Positions 37,734 through 48,548 are shown, counted from the first letter of the stretch. The stretch is 64,000 nt of DNA from an uncultured Campylobacterales bacterium (GCA_938084175.1 CALKDR010000013.1:23929-87928); one strand, 5' to 3'. Program-made: numbers and translations. The notes: generated from the sequence alone by a model not told the origin.

Positions 37734-38384
37734 ATGATACAATCTCTAAAGAAAACTTTAGAGGTTGTATTAATGACAAAAATCAAAAAACTTACAAATA
37801 TTTTTTTTCTAATATCTTGCCTTCTTTTTACTGCATGTTCAAATAAAGAGCAAACAATACAAATATCAAAAGACATTAAAAGTAATATAAACGAAAGTAC
37901 AAAACTTGCAAATGATTCATTTATGAATCAAGAACAAGAGAGTAAGAAATATTTTCAAAAATATTTCACTCCTTGGAATCAAAAGAAAGCTAGTTATTCT
38001 TTAAAAGATGCAACATGGGGATTTTCATATAAAAATAAAACTGTTTTTTTAGAAAACCATATAAAAGCAGATGAAAAATGGTTTAACAAGCAAATATTTA
38101 ACGCTAATTTTGAAAAATATAATACTTTACTTAAAAAAGCAATTACATTAAAAAACACTAATATACGAGTTTTTCCAACAATATCTCCAATGTTTTATAA
38201 TCCCAAAAAACCAGGAGAAGGTTTTCCCTTTGATTATAATCAAAACTCCGCAATTAAAATAAATACTCCAATATTTATATCTCATTACTCTAAAGATAAA
38301 GCTTGGGTTTATATGCAATCAAATAGTGTTGGTGGATGGCTTCGAATAAATGATATTGCTTTTGTAAACATTGTAGTTTTATAA
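37734..38384 (+). pseudogene. SH3-domain NlpC/P60 lipoprotein, C-terminally truncated
   Basis: Lipobox 'FTAC', 'PGEGFPFDYNQNSAI..PIFISHYSKDKAW..GW'; stops right after the first SH3 with no NlpC/P60 catalytic domain. Confidence 0.7.
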
Positions 38385-38465
38385 AACTATATAAAAGCAC
38401 ATAAAACACCTATTAAATAATCAATCTTAATAATAAAATAAGATTATAAATAAAAAGGATTTTTT

Positions 38466-39896
38466 ATGAAAGTACTATTAACAGGTTCAAATGGATATAT
38501 CGGAAGAAGACTAAAAAAAAGACTTCTTGCTCAAAAAGATGTTCACTTAAGATTATTTGTACGTGATAGAAAAACTTTAACTTCAAAAATCAATAGAAAT
38601 ATTGAAGCTGTTGAAGGTGATAGTTTTGATAAAGATAAATTAAGACTTGCATTAAAAGATATAGATGTAGCATACTATTTAATTCATTCATTAAATAGTA
38701 AAAACTATAAAGAATTAGATAAAAAATCTGCACAAAATTTTATTGATATTGCAGAAGAATGTAATGTGAAAAAAATTATATACCTAGGTGGTTTGGGTGT
38801 AAAAAACAAAGATACTAGTGAACACTTATTAAGTAGATTAGAAACAGGAGAAATACTTTCTTCGTCTTCACAAGTTCAAACTATATGGATTAGAGCTGGA
38901 GTTATAATAGGTTCAGGAAGTACAAGTTTTGAGATTATTAGAAATATAACTGAAAAACTTCCAATAATGACAACACCTAAGTGGGTTGATACAAAAGCCC
39001 AACCAATTGCTGTTGATGATGTTATATCATATCTAAATGAATCATTATATTTAAAAGAAAAACAAAATGTAGTAATAGATATTGGATGCGAACAACTTAC
39101 TTATAAAGAAATGATGCTTCAAACAGCAAAAGCATTAGGTTTAAAAAGAGTGGTAATTCCTCTACCTTTTTTAAGTATAAATCTTTCGTCTTATTGGTTA
39201 AATCTTTTTACTCCTGTACCTTTTAGTATTGCAAAAGCTTTAATTGAAGGTTTAAAATCAGAGGTTATAATGCAAAATGACAATGCTCAAAAATATTTTC
39301 CCAATATAAAACCTACTAAATACTTAGAAGCAGTAAAACAAGCAGTTATCGTAATACAACAAAATCAAGTAATTTCAAGATGGAGTGATAACCTTGGAAA
39401 AGATTGGAATAAAGACCACTCAAAAGAAATAGCAGATGCAATATATTTAGATAGAAAAGAATTAGATATTACACTAATTGATAAAGAAAAAGTCTATGCA
39501 AGTTTTATAAGTATTGGTGGGAAAAATGGTTGGTTTGAGTTTGACTTTCTTTGGGAAATAAGAGGTTTTCTTGACAAAATGATTGGTGGAGTTGGATTAA
39601 AAAGAGGAAGAAGAGATCAAAATAATTTAAGAATTGGTGATAGTTTAGATTTTTGGAAAGTTGTAGATATAAAAGAGAACGAAAGATTACTTTTATTTGC
39701 ACAAATGAAACTACCAGGAAGCGCATGGCTTGAGTTTAAAATCAATGATAATAAACTAATACAAACAGCATATTATTATCCAAAAGGTTTGTTTGGAAGA
39801 ATTTATTGGTATACCCTTGTACCAATTCATTATTTTGTGTTTAAAAATATGATAGGTAATATTGTAAAAAAAGCGAAGAAATTACAAAACTCATAA
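38466..39896 (+). CDS. Atypical SDR oxidoreductase with DUF2867 (YbjT-like)
   Basis: 'LTGSNGYIG', 'AYYLIHS', 'EHLLSR', 'GDSLDFWKV', 'MKLPGSAWLEF'. Confidence 0.88.
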   Translation: MKVLLTGSNGYIGRRLKKRLLAQKDVHLRLFVRDRKTLTSKINRNIEAVEGDSFDKDKLRLALKDIDVAYYLIHSLNSKNYKELDKKSAQNFIDIAEECNVKKIIYLGGLGVKNKDTSEHLLSRLETGEILSSSSQVQTIWIRAGVIIGSGSTSFEIIRNITEKLPIMTTPKWVDTKAQPIAVDDVISYLNESLYLKEKQNVVIDIGCEQLTYKEMMLQTAKALGLKRVVIPLPFLSINLSSYWLNLFTPVPFSIAKALIEGLKSEVIMQNDNAQKYFPNIKPTKYLEAVKQAVIVIQQNQVISRWSDNLGKDWNKDHSKEIADAIYLDRKELDITLIDKEKVYASFISIGGKNGWFEFDFLWEIRGFLDKMIGGVGLKRGRRDQNNLRIGDSLDFWKVVDIKENERLLLFAQMKLPGSAWLEFKINDNKLIQTAYYYPKGLFGRIYWYTLVPIHYFVFKNMIGNIVKKAKKLQNS

Positions 39897-39912
39897 AAAC
39901 TTCTATATAGAA

Positions 39913-42900
39913 TTATTTATTTCTTAAATAAATAATTCTATAAATCATAGGTACAAAGTATAAATTTAAAACTGTAGCCCATAATATCCCAAATCCTAAT
40001 GATATCGCCATTGGTTGTAAAATCAAAGCTTGACCTGAAGAAAAGAAAATAAGAGTAGACAAGCCAAGTATAGTTGTAATTGATGTTAATAAAATTGGTC
40101 TTAGTCTCATTTTTGCTAATTCAATCATTTCATCTAATGTTTTTGCTTTTTTAATAAAATCCATCATAATAATTCCATCATTTACAATAACACCAGCAAG
40201 TCCTACAATACCTATTAAACTTGTCATTGAAATATTTATTCCCATAACAACATGACCTATTAAAACTCCTAAAATTGATAAAGGAATAGTACTTAATATA
40301 ATCAAAGGTTTAAGAATAGAATCAAACATCCATACTAAAGCCATAAAAATAAGAATTGCAGCTATTAATGCAGCTTGTGCCATTTCCCTTTGAACTTTTT
40401 CATTTTCTTGTTGTTCACCTTTTATTACTAAAGTTACATTTTTTCTAAGTTCATCAATATCATTTTGAATTGTTTTAAATACTTCAGCTGATGTAATTTT
40501 GTCTAAAGATGCTGTTACACTAACTATTTGTTCATTATTCTCTTTAAATATTTGAGAATAAGCAGGAACTTTTATAAAATCAACTACATCTTTTAAAAGT
40601 ACTTTTTGTCCTTGATCTGTAGTGATTTCAAAACTATTTAGACTACTTAGAACATCTTTTGATTTACTCTCAAAAATAATATCAACAATACCTTGATTAT
40701 CGAACATTTTTGAATAAGTTCCTTTAAAATAGAAAGGTCGTAATTCATTTAAAATATTTTCCTCACTAATTCCAATATTATTTCCATAAGAATTAATTTT
40801 AAATTTCAGTTCGTAGTTTCCAATAAGTGCATCATCAGCTATGTTTGAAACACCATTTGCATCTAAAAGAGATTGTTTTAGTTTTTCAACAGCAAGTGAA
40901 ACTTGATCTTTTTGTCCTGAAACTGCAATTTCAATATCATTTTTTACAATACCTGCTTGTGGTACAAAAATCTTTAACTCATCATATTTATCTGATGTAA
41001 GATCTGTTTTTAAAATATCTTTTAACTCACCTACTACACTTTGAGCAGTAATAGTTCTTATCATATTTGTACTATCATATTTTGGTGATAAATAAGGGTT
41101 TACATACTCTTCAAAAACATTAGCAGCTGCTCTTTCATGTAAGTTTACAAATATTTGGAAATAAAATTCTTCATAATGTGGTTGATTTTTACCATCAAGT
41201 TTCATTCCCGTAACTGAAGAAACAGAGCTTACTACATTTTTAAAATCAACTGAGTTTAATATTTGTTTTTCGATATTAAATACTAAATTTTCTGTTTGTT
41301 CAATCTTTTTTCCAACTCCAACAGAACCTGTAATATAAATTTGTGTTGAATCAAATGTAGGCATAAATTGAAATTTTTGACTTTTAAATATCAAAATAGA
41401 AGCAGTAATAATTGAAACAACCATTACTAAAACCGCAATATATTTCCATTTTAATAAAAACTCTAAAATATTTCCATAAAGTCTATAGTTAAAATCCCAA
41501 ACCTTATGAGACTTTCTTTCACCATGACTTACTTTTAATATTTCTTGAGCATGTAATGGTAAAAAGAAAAAAGCTTCAAGTAATGAACTTAAAAGTAAAA
41601 TAGTAATCATAACTGGAAGTATTTGCATAAACTTCCCTACTTCACCTGTCATTAATAAAATTGGTAAAAATGCAAAAATTGTTGTTGCAGTTGCTGTTAA
41701 AACAGCAGGAAACATTTCTAAAGCTCCATCACGTGCCGCTGTAAACTTATCTTTTCCCATTTCTAAGTGTCTATAAATATTTTCGCCCACAACAATAGCT
41801 TCATCAACTAACATTCCCAAAGCTATTAAAGCACCCAAGAGTGAAAGCATATTCAAACTATATCCAAAGTAATCAGCTCCAATTAGTCCTATCATAAATG
41901 AAGTTGGAATACCAATAGCAATTACTATTGCAATTCGTATATTTATAAAGAAAAACAGTGCAATAAATAGTAATATCAATCCAAAAATAATATTTGAAAC
42001 AACAGTATTAAGTCTATTTTTAATCCAGATAGAAGTATCAATATAAGTATTAAATTCTAAGTTTTCATATTTTTTTTCAAAATCTTTTGCTATATCTTTG
42101 ATCTGTTTTACAAGTTCAACAGCATCACCTTCAACACCTTTATTAATTCCAACTGCAATATTTGTTTTTCCATTAAAATGAGAAATATCAGATACATCAC
42201 CTAATGTGTATTTAATTTGTGCTATATCTTTTAAATAAAAAGATATACCATCAATTCTAACTATAGTATTTTTTATTTTTTCTATGTCTTTTTCACCGTT
42301 AAAAGTAGATAAATAATAGTGTTTCGAAGTATCTTTAATCATTCCCACAGGGAAAATAGAACTAAGCGATTGAACTGCGTTTATTACACTTAATTTATTT
42401 AAGCCATAAGCATTGATTTTTTGTTCATCAAAAGTAATAAGAAGTTCTTTATCACTTTTACCAAAAACTGTAACTTGTGATAAGTCTTGCAATTGCATTA
42501 CTTTTGATTTAACTTCTTGAGCAACTTCTAATAAATACTCTTTTGAAATATCTTCTTTTGAAGAAACAGAAATATTTATCAAAGGAAATGCATGTTCTAA
42601 AGTTTTTACACTTGGTTCATCCATATCAGAAGGCAAGTTTGATTTAATCTTTGTAACAATATCTTTTACATCATCTACAACTTCACTTGCTTTATAACCA
42701 TCTTTTAAATCAACTTTTATATTAAAACTTCCATTTTTAATAGTTGAAGAAATAGTATTAGCACTACTAAGTCCAAGAAGTTCATCTTCAATACCTGAAA
42801 CTGCAATTTTATCAAGTAACTCAGAACTAGCACCTACATAATATCCACTAACAGAAACAGCATCTAAAGCAGATGGAGGAAATATTTCTTTCGGTATTTT

Positions 42901-42996
42901 AAAATATGAAAAAAATGCAAGTAATAAAATAAAAAGAAGAAACATATGATTTAATATTGGCTTTTTTAAAGCAAATTCTATAAGGTTTTTTATCAT
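39913..42996 (-). CDS. RND (AcrB/AcrD/AcrF family) transporter permease
   Basis: 1027 aa; 'LGMLVDEAIVVGENI', 'GVIVNDGI', 'RLRPILLTSITT'. Confidence 0.92.
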   Translation of the reverse strand: MIKNLIEFALKKPILNHMFLLFILLLAFFSYFKIPKEIFPPSALDAVSVSGYYVGASSELLDKIAVSGIEDELLGLSSANTISSTIKNGSFNIKVDLKDGYKASEVVDDVKDIVTKIKSNLPSDMDEPSVKTLEHAFPLINISVSSKEDISKEYLLEVAQEVKSKVMQLQDLSQVTVFGKSDKELLITFDEQKINAYGLNKLSVINAVQSLSSIFPVGMIKDTSKHYYLSTFNGEKDIEKIKNTIVRIDGISFYLKDIAQIKYTLGDVSDISHFNGKTNIAVGINKGVEGDAVELVKQIKDIAKDFEKKYENLEFNTYIDTSIWIKNRLNTVVSNIIFGLILLFIALFFFINIRIAIVIAIGIPTSFMIGLIGADYFGYSLNMLSLLGALIALGMLVDEAIVVGENIYRHLEMGKDKFTAARDGALEMFPAVLTATATTIFAFLPILLMTGEVGKFMQILPVMITILLLSSLLEAFFFLPLHAQEILKVSHGERKSHKVWDFNYRLYGNILEFLLKWKYIAVLVMVVSIITASILIFKSQKFQFMPTFDSTQIYITGSVGVGKKIEQTENLVFNIEKQILNSVDFKNVVSSVSSVTGMKLDGKNQPHYEEFYFQIFVNLHERAAANVFEEYVNPYLSPKYDSTNMIRTITAQSVVGELKDILKTDLTSDKYDELKIFVPQAGIVKNDIEIAVSGQKDQVSLAVEKLKQSLLDANGVSNIADDALIGNYELKFKINSYGNNIGISEENILNELRPFYFKGTYSKMFDNQGIVDIIFESKSKDVLSSLNSFEITTDQGQKVLLKDVVDFIKVPAYSQIFKENNEQIVSVTASLDKITSAEVFKTIQNDIDELRKNVTLVIKGEQQENEKVQREMAQAALIAAILIFMALVWMFDSILKPLIILSTIPLSILGVLIGHVVMGINISMTSLIGIVGLAGVIVNDGIIMMDFIKKAKTLDEMIELAKMRLRPILLTSITTILGLSTLIFFSSGQALILQPMAISLGFGILWATVLNLYFVPMIYRIIYLRNK

Positions 42997-43247
42997 TTAT
43001 TCTCTTTTAATGGGTTAAATAGTAAGGAATCAATAATTTGATTTTTAAATTTCATATCTTCTAATTGCTGAGATAAGAATTTATTTTCTTCTTGCAAAGA
43101 AATATAATGTGCATATAATTTATTTATATCTTTACTAATATAATAAATATTATTTCTAAAATATATTTTAGGAAAATATAAAATAATTGCTAAAAAAAGC
43201 ATACTAAATACAATAATCAAAGTATTTGCAGCATTTAATTTAATCAA
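42993..43247 (-). CDS. Probable FtsL-like cell division protein
   Basis: One TM helix plus coiled coil ('LQEENKFLSQQLE'); overlaps the end of rsmH, the canonical ftsL position. Confidence 0.6.
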   Translation of the reverse strand: MIKLNAANTLIIVFSMLFLAIILYFPKIYFRNNIYYISKDINKLYAHYISLQEENKFLSQQLEDMKFKNQIIDSLLFNPLKENK

Positions 43248-44142
43248 ATTTAAAAATCCTTAATTTTGAACTTCTACTTCTTGGGTTTTGTTTAATCTCT
43301 TCTTTTGAAGGAATAATAGGTTTTCTTGTAATTACTTTTCCTAAAGCATGGTTATTACCACATTCACATCTAAAAGCTTCAGGTGGACAAATACAAGACT
43401 TAGTCCATTTTTTAAAATAGTTTTTTACAATTCTGTCTTCTAAAGAGTGAAAAGAGATAATTGCAACTATACAATTTTTTAATTTAGCACTTTGCAATGA
43501 ATCAAAAAGTCTTCTTAAAACTCCTAGTTCATCATTTACTTCTATTCTAATACCTTGAAAAGGCAATGTTGCTGGATGAATTTTACCCTTTGACATTTTT
43601 CTTGATAATAATGTTGATATTTCTTTTGCACTTGTGAAAGGTCTATTTTCTACAATTAATGATGCTACTTTTTTATATTCACGTACTTCACCTAAGTCTT
43701 TAAAAACTCTTTCAAGTTCACTTTGAGAATAAGTATTTACAACAACAGAGGCATCTAAACTTTGGTTTTGATTCATTCTCATATCTAAAGTCTCACTCTC
43801 AAAACTAAAACCACGCTCTTTTTTATCAAGTTGTAAAGAAGAAACTCCAATATCAGCTAATATACCTCTAATTTCAAAGTCTTTAAAATTATCAAGTACA
43901 TGTTCAAAATTGCCTTTATTAAAAGTAACTCTTGAAGAATAAGCTTCTAATCTTTTTGCACAAAAAGCTAAAGCTTCATCGTCTTGATCATTACAAATTA
44001 ATTTGATATTATTATTTTGTTCTAGTAGTCCATTACTGTGTCCACCAAAACCTGTGGTACAGTCTATTATATAAGCTTCATTAATATCCAAGAAAGCTTC
44101 TAGTGTTTCGTTGTATAAAACGGGAACATGAGGTATTTGCAT
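43240..44142 (-). CDS. rsmH: 16S rRNA m4C1402 methyltransferase
   Basis: 'HVPVL', 'DCTTGFGGHS', 'DIGVSSLQLD..RGFSF', 'ISFHSLEDRIVK', 'NPRSRSSKLR'. Confidence 0.97.
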   Translation of the reverse strand: MQIPHVPVLYNETLEAFLDINEAYIIDCTTGFGGHSNGLLEQNNNIKLICNDQDDEALAFCAKRLEAYSSRVTFNKGNFEHVLDNFKDFEIRGILADIGVSSLQLDKKERGFSFESETLDMRMNQNQSLDASVVVNTYSQSELERVFKDLGEVREYKKVASLIVENRPFTSAKEISTLLSRKMSKGKIHPATLPFQGIRIEVNDELGVLRRLFDSLQSAKLKNCIVAIISFHSLEDRIVKNYFKKWTKSCICPPEAFRCECGNNHALGKVITRKPIIPSKEEIKQNPRSRSSKLRIFKFD

Positions 44143-44203
44143 TCAAACAGTCCTTATTAAAATTACAATATAATACCCAAAAATATATTTAAGGCTTTTT
44201 AAA

Positions 44204-44782
44204 ATGGTTGACAAGGCTACAGTAAAATTATTAAGTAATTTATCTCTTACAATGTTTAGAAAAAACTTCTTTGGAATTTACCATGGAGCTATTTCTGCAA
44301 AACTCGATCAAGAGAATTTTTTAATCAATACAAATGATGCGATTTTTGATGAAATGTCGGCAAACTCATTTTGTACACTTAATCTTAATAAACAAGATTA
44401 TAGATGGAAAATTGCAAGTATGGAATCACATATTCATGCAACAATATATACAAATATCCATGAAGCAAAATATATAGCATTTGGAATGCCTATTTATACA
44501 ACAGCTTATACTTTTGATCATGATTCAATTGTTTTTGAAGATTACTTTGGAAAAACAACATTTGGTGAAATTCCTATTTATAATCCAGAAGATTGTGAAA
44601 CTTGGTATGACAGAAATGCCCTAGAAATTACTAGATATTTAAAAGAATCTAAAAACAATGTAATGATTATAAAAGGTGTTGGTGCTTATGTATATGATAG
44701 AGATATCAATGAATTGGTAAAAAAGATTGCAATTTTAGAAAACTCATGTAGATTACTCAGCATAAAAACATCATTTTGCTGA
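44204..44782 (+). CDS. Class II aldolase/adducin N-terminal-domain protein
   Basis: 'GAISAK', 'ASMESHIHATIY' fold motifs; divergent from rsmH. Confidence 0.75.
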   Translation: MVDKATVKLLSNLSLTMFRKNFFGIYHGAISAKLDQENFLINTNDAIFDEMSANSFCTLNLNKQDYRWKIASMESHIHATIYTNIHEAKYIAFGMPIYTTAYTFDHDSIVFEDYFGKTTFGEIPIYNPEDCETWYDRNALEITRYLKESKNNVMIIKGVGAYVYDRDINELVKKIAILENSCRLLSIKTSFC

Positions 44783-44904
44783 TTAAATTACTTTTAATAT
44801 TATTAAATAGATTATTTTTTATCTTAACCCCCCTAGTTTTAGCTTCTTCAAAGCTTTAATATAATAAAGTTTATTCAAATTTATTTTAATTAAGGAGTTC
44901 ATCA

Positions 44905-45183
44905 ATGAACAAAGCTGAATTTATTGACGCAATAGCTACAAAAGCTGGATTATCTAAGAAAGACGCAAAAGGTGCAGTTGACGCTGTATTAGATACAATT
45001 ACTGAAACATTAGTAAAAAGAGAAACTGTAAGTTTCATCGGATTTGGTACTTTTACTACTGCTGATAGAGCTGCAAGAACAGCAAAAGTTCCAGGAACTG
45101 ATAGAACTGTTGATGTACCTGCTACTACTGTTGGAAAATTCAAAGTTGGAAAAGCTTTAAAAGAAGCTATTGCAAATAAATAA
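44905..45183 (+). CDS. hup: DNA-binding protein HU
   Basis: 'MNKAEFIDAIA', 'GFGTF', 'FKVGKALKEAI'. Confidence 0.95.
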   Translation: MNKAEFIDAIATKAGLSKKDAKGAVDAVLDTITETLVKRETVSFIGFGTFTTADRAARTAKVPGTDRTVDVPATTVGKFKVGKALKEAIANK

Positions 45184-45209
45184 TTAATTTTCACAATTAA
45201 TAAACTTTC

Positions 45210-45239
45210 AAAGGGTCTATTTTAATAGACCCTTTTTTT
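45210..45239 (+). terminator. Rho-independent terminator of hup
   Basis: AAAGGGTCTAT-TTTA-ATAGACCC followed by T7. Confidence 0.85.
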
Positions 45240-45278
45240 ATACAAATAATTAATAACTTTAATAGAGAAAGTATACTC

Positions 45279-45590
45279 ATGATTAAATTTACTCTAATGA
45301 TTTTACTATCAAGCACACTATTTTCTAACTCTATAACACCTATTCCTAATAATTTAAAAGTAGATAAATCATTTGTTGATAATATTCCTACAGACAATAA
45401 TAATCTTCAAATATCAAAAGCTATTATTGCTTTATCAGAAAGTTAAAATTATGAGAATATTGCTGAGGGTATTGAAACAAAAGAACAAGAAGACTGCTTG
45501 CGAGAATTAGGTTGTGCTATTGGTCAAGGATATTTTTTCTCAAGACCTCTTGACTTTAATCATGCAATAAAATTCTTAATTAAAAAATAG
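45279..45590 (+). pseudogene. Chimeric remnant: secreted-protein N-terminus fused to EAL-domain C-terminus
   Basis: MIKFTLMILLSSTLFSNSITPIPNN-LKVDKSFV..AIIALSES*..IAEGIETKEQ..GCAIGQGYFFSRPL in one frame with one internal TAA (45444). Confidence 0.75.
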
Positions 45591-45616
45591 ACAGTGTAAA
45601 ATACTAGTACTTAATA

Positions 45617-48133
45617 TTACATATTTTTTTTAGTTTTATTAGTAGCAATTGCTTCATATGGATTTAAAGGCCAATAATGCCTTTTATATTTTCCTCGTAG
45701 TTCTTTTCTTACTTCTTCATAAGAGTTTTCCCAAAAACTTTCTAAATCATAGGTTATTTGAATAGGTCTGAATGCAGGAGAGAGTAAATGTATTTGTAAA
45801 TCTAAACTATTATTTAAAATTTTTGGTGTTTTTTTAAGTCCAAATAATTCTTGAATTTTAACTTTTAAAATAGGAATTTCTATATTAGAATAATCTATTT
45901 TAATATTTGAAGTACTTGGTACTTTTATAGTACTTGGAAGTAATTTCTCTATAACTTGTAAATCATCCCAAGATATCAATGATGATAAATATATAAAAAT
46001 ATCAATATTTTTCAACTCTTTTAAAGAAGTCACATTTTGTAAGAATGGTAGTAAATTATCAATATTTTTTATAATTGAACTTCGTGTAAAATCAGGTAAG
46101 TTTAGAGTTATTTCTTTTCTATTTTTTTTATGATGATTTAAAAAGCAAACCTTTGATACTAAATCTTCGGCTTTTTTACTCCAAAATAATAAATCTAAAC
46201 CTTCTTTTTTTAATAAATCAATCAGTAATAGGCGAAACTTATCTTTTGTAATATTCGAATTTGGATTTGAATATAACTCAAGTTTAAAAAAATATGTAGT
46301 AGTTTTTATATCTAAAATATTCTTCTCTTTTTTATAAATAGCAGAATCAACTTCTTTTAAATATGATGAAAAATACTTTTTTATATATTCTAAATTAATA
46401 GGACAAGCATATATTATATGTGAGTTTAGTTCTTTTGCATTTAAATTAGGAACAACTAAATATTCAGTATTAAAAAGAGTATCCCTAGCATTTAAAATAG
46501 CACCTTTTTCATTACTTAATTTATATTTATTATCATTTTTTTCTCTTAATCGTGCTAATCTATTCGGATATGCAAATAATAAAAGTACAGCTAACATTTC
46601 TTTTTCTAATTCTTTATTCTTTTTATTTATTTTTACTATTTTTTGAAGCTTTTTAAATATGTATGAGCATTGTAATAATATTTGCTTAGTTTTGTATATA
46701 TTAATAAACTGTGAATTAAACTCTCTTTCTTTTAAAATTATAAATCTTTCATATATATCAGAACTAGAAAAACTGTTTTTAAAAATATCATTTTCAAGTA
46801 ATAATGCAGCTAATAAACATGCTTCATATGCAAAACCTAAATCATTTGCCTTAAATATCATATTAGCAAACCTTGGATGTATACCTAAAGATAAACACTG
46901 TTTTCCATATAATGTAATATTCTTTTGTTCATCTAACATATTAATATTTTGCAAAAGTTCTCTTGAAGAGTTAACAATTTTACTAGGTGGAATATCCAAA
47001 AGTTTTAATTCACTTAAATCCATTACACCCCATAAAGAAGTATCAAGTAAAAAAGAAGATAAATCTGCACGTAATATTTCAGCTTTTGAGGCCTCTTCTA
47101 ATATTCTATTTTTATGCCATAATTTATAACACTTACCACTACTTAATCTTCCAGCTCGCCCTTCTCTTTGTATTGCTGATTGTTGTGAAATAAATGCATA
47201 TTCTAAATGATCCATATCATTTGAAGGGTTAAATCTAATTTGTTTTTCTAAACCTGAATCAATTACAACTTTTATACCTTCAATAGTAAGTGATGTTTGT
47301 GCTATATTTGTTGAAAGTATAATTTTTCTTTTTTCACCTTTATATATTGCTTTATCTTGTTCTTCTACTGTAAGATTTGAGTGTAATGCTAAAATTTCAA
47401 TATCTTTTGATATTTGCTGCTCTAATTTTTCACTTAATTTTCTTATTTCTTTCATACCTGCTAAAAAAACTAAAATATCACCCTCATCTTTTGAAATAGA
47501 GTTTAAAACTGTTTTTAATAAAATTTCATTTAAATTCTCAATTGTAGGATGTTTTATATTTTGTTCTAAGTAGATATTTTCAATATCAAAAGCTCTTCCT
47601 TGGCTTTTAATAACATCAACATTTCCAAGTAAATCTACTATTTTTTGGCTATTTAATGTTGCTGACATTAAAAGGATTTTTAAATCATCTCGTAATAAAT
47701 CTTGTGATTGTAAGGACAAACTAAGTGATAAATCACTATGAATACTTCTTTCATGAAACTCGTCAAAAATAATCAAAGCAACATTTTCTAAGGCTTGATC
47801 ATTTTGTAACTTTTTTGTTAATATTCCTTCAGTAACAACAAGGATTTTAGTGTCTTTAGAAAAACAACTCTGCATTTTAACTTGATAACCAACACTTTTA
47901 CCTACTTTTTCTCCAAGTAATTTTGACATTTGAAAAGCAACAGTTCTAGCAGCAACTCTTCTAGGTTCTAGCATTATAATAATTTTATTATCAAGCCATT
48001 TTTCTTTTAATAAAGAAATAGGAACTCTAGTACTTTTTCCAGCACCAGCTGGTGCATCAAGGATTAGTTTATTATTATTAGCAAGGGCTTTTTTGATTTC
48101 TTCAAGAACATCATCTATTGGTAGTTTTTTCAT
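45617..48133 (-). CDS. hrpB: ATP-dependent RNA helicase HrpB
   Basis: 'PAGAGKST', 'EPRRVAAR', 'DEFHERS', 'MSAT', 'QREGRAGR', C-terminal 'LLSPAFRPIQIT.DL.SFW..YEEVRKELRGKY.RH.WP'. Confidence 0.95.
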   Translation of the reverse strand: MKKLPIDDVLEEIKKALANNNKLILDAPAGAGKSTRVPISLLKEKWLDNKIIIMLEPRRVAARTVAFQMSKLLGEKVGKSVGYQVKMQSCFSKDTKILVVTEGILTKKLQNDQALENVALIIFDEFHERSIHSDLSLSLSLQSQDLLRDDLKILLMSATLNSQKIVDLLGNVDVIKSQGRAFDIENIYLEQNIKHPTIENLNEILLKTVLNSISKDEGDILVFLAGMKEIRKLSEKLEQQISKDIEILALHSNLTVEEQDKAIYKGEKRKIILSTNIAQTSLTIEGIKVVIDSGLEKQIRFNPSNDMDHLEYAFISQQSAIQREGRAGRLSSGKCYKLWHKNRILEEASKAEILRADLSSFLLDTSLWGVMDLSELKLLDIPPSKIVNSSRELLQNINMLDEQKNITLYGKQCLSLGIHPRFANMIFKANDLGFAYEACLLAALLLENDIFKNSFSSSDIYERFIILKEREFNSQFINIYKTKQILLQCSYIFKKLQKIVKINKKNKELEKEMLAVLLLFAYPNRLARLREKNDNKYKLSNEKGAILNARDTLFNTEYLVVPNLNAKELNSHIIYACPINLEYIKKYFSSYLKEVDSAIYKKEKNILDIKTTTYFFKLELYSNPNSNITKDKFRLLLIDLLKKEGLDLLFWSKKAEDLVSKVCFLNHHKKNRKEITLNLPDFTRSSIIKNIDNLLPFLQNVTSLKELKNIDIFIYLSSLISWDDLQVIEKLLPSTIKVPSTSNIKIDYSNIEIPILKVKIQELFGLKKTPKILNNSLDLQIHLLSPAFRPIQITYDLESFWENSYEEVRKELRGKYKRHYWPLNPYEAIATNKTKKNM

Positions 48134-48157
48134 ATAAGCTATTATATAAAAATAAGT

Positions 48158-48454
48158 TTATGAATCAACTTTGTTATCATTAATCCATAATATTCGAGCA
48201 ACTTCAATAAGTTTTTTTGAAACATTTGAAGTTGATAAAAAACCTGTAAAAATTGCTTTAGGAATATTATTTGTAGCTTTTGATAATATTTTTTCTAATA
48301 ACCCACCACTGAATAATTTAAAGCCATCTTCCATAAATATCATTCCAATTAGAAAGATAGCAATTCCAGTTATTATCATTTTTGCATCATTGTTTATAAA
48401 AAGTAAGTATGCTAAGGTCATTAAGATTAGTGGATATATCGTCTTTTTCAACAC
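48158..48454 (-). pseudogene. Na/Pi cotransporter remnant (large in-frame internal deletion)
   Basis: N-terminus 'GIAIFLIGMIFMEDGFKLFSGGLLEKIL..AIFTGFLST' stops just before the expected QSS motif and is joined to a short C-terminal tail. Confidence 0.75.
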
Positions 48455-48548
48455 AAAAAATACCTTTTGTCTAATAATGCCAAATATTTAGCTATAATCG
48501 CAAAATATATATAAACAAAAAGGAATTGTTATCGAAACATTTACTTCT

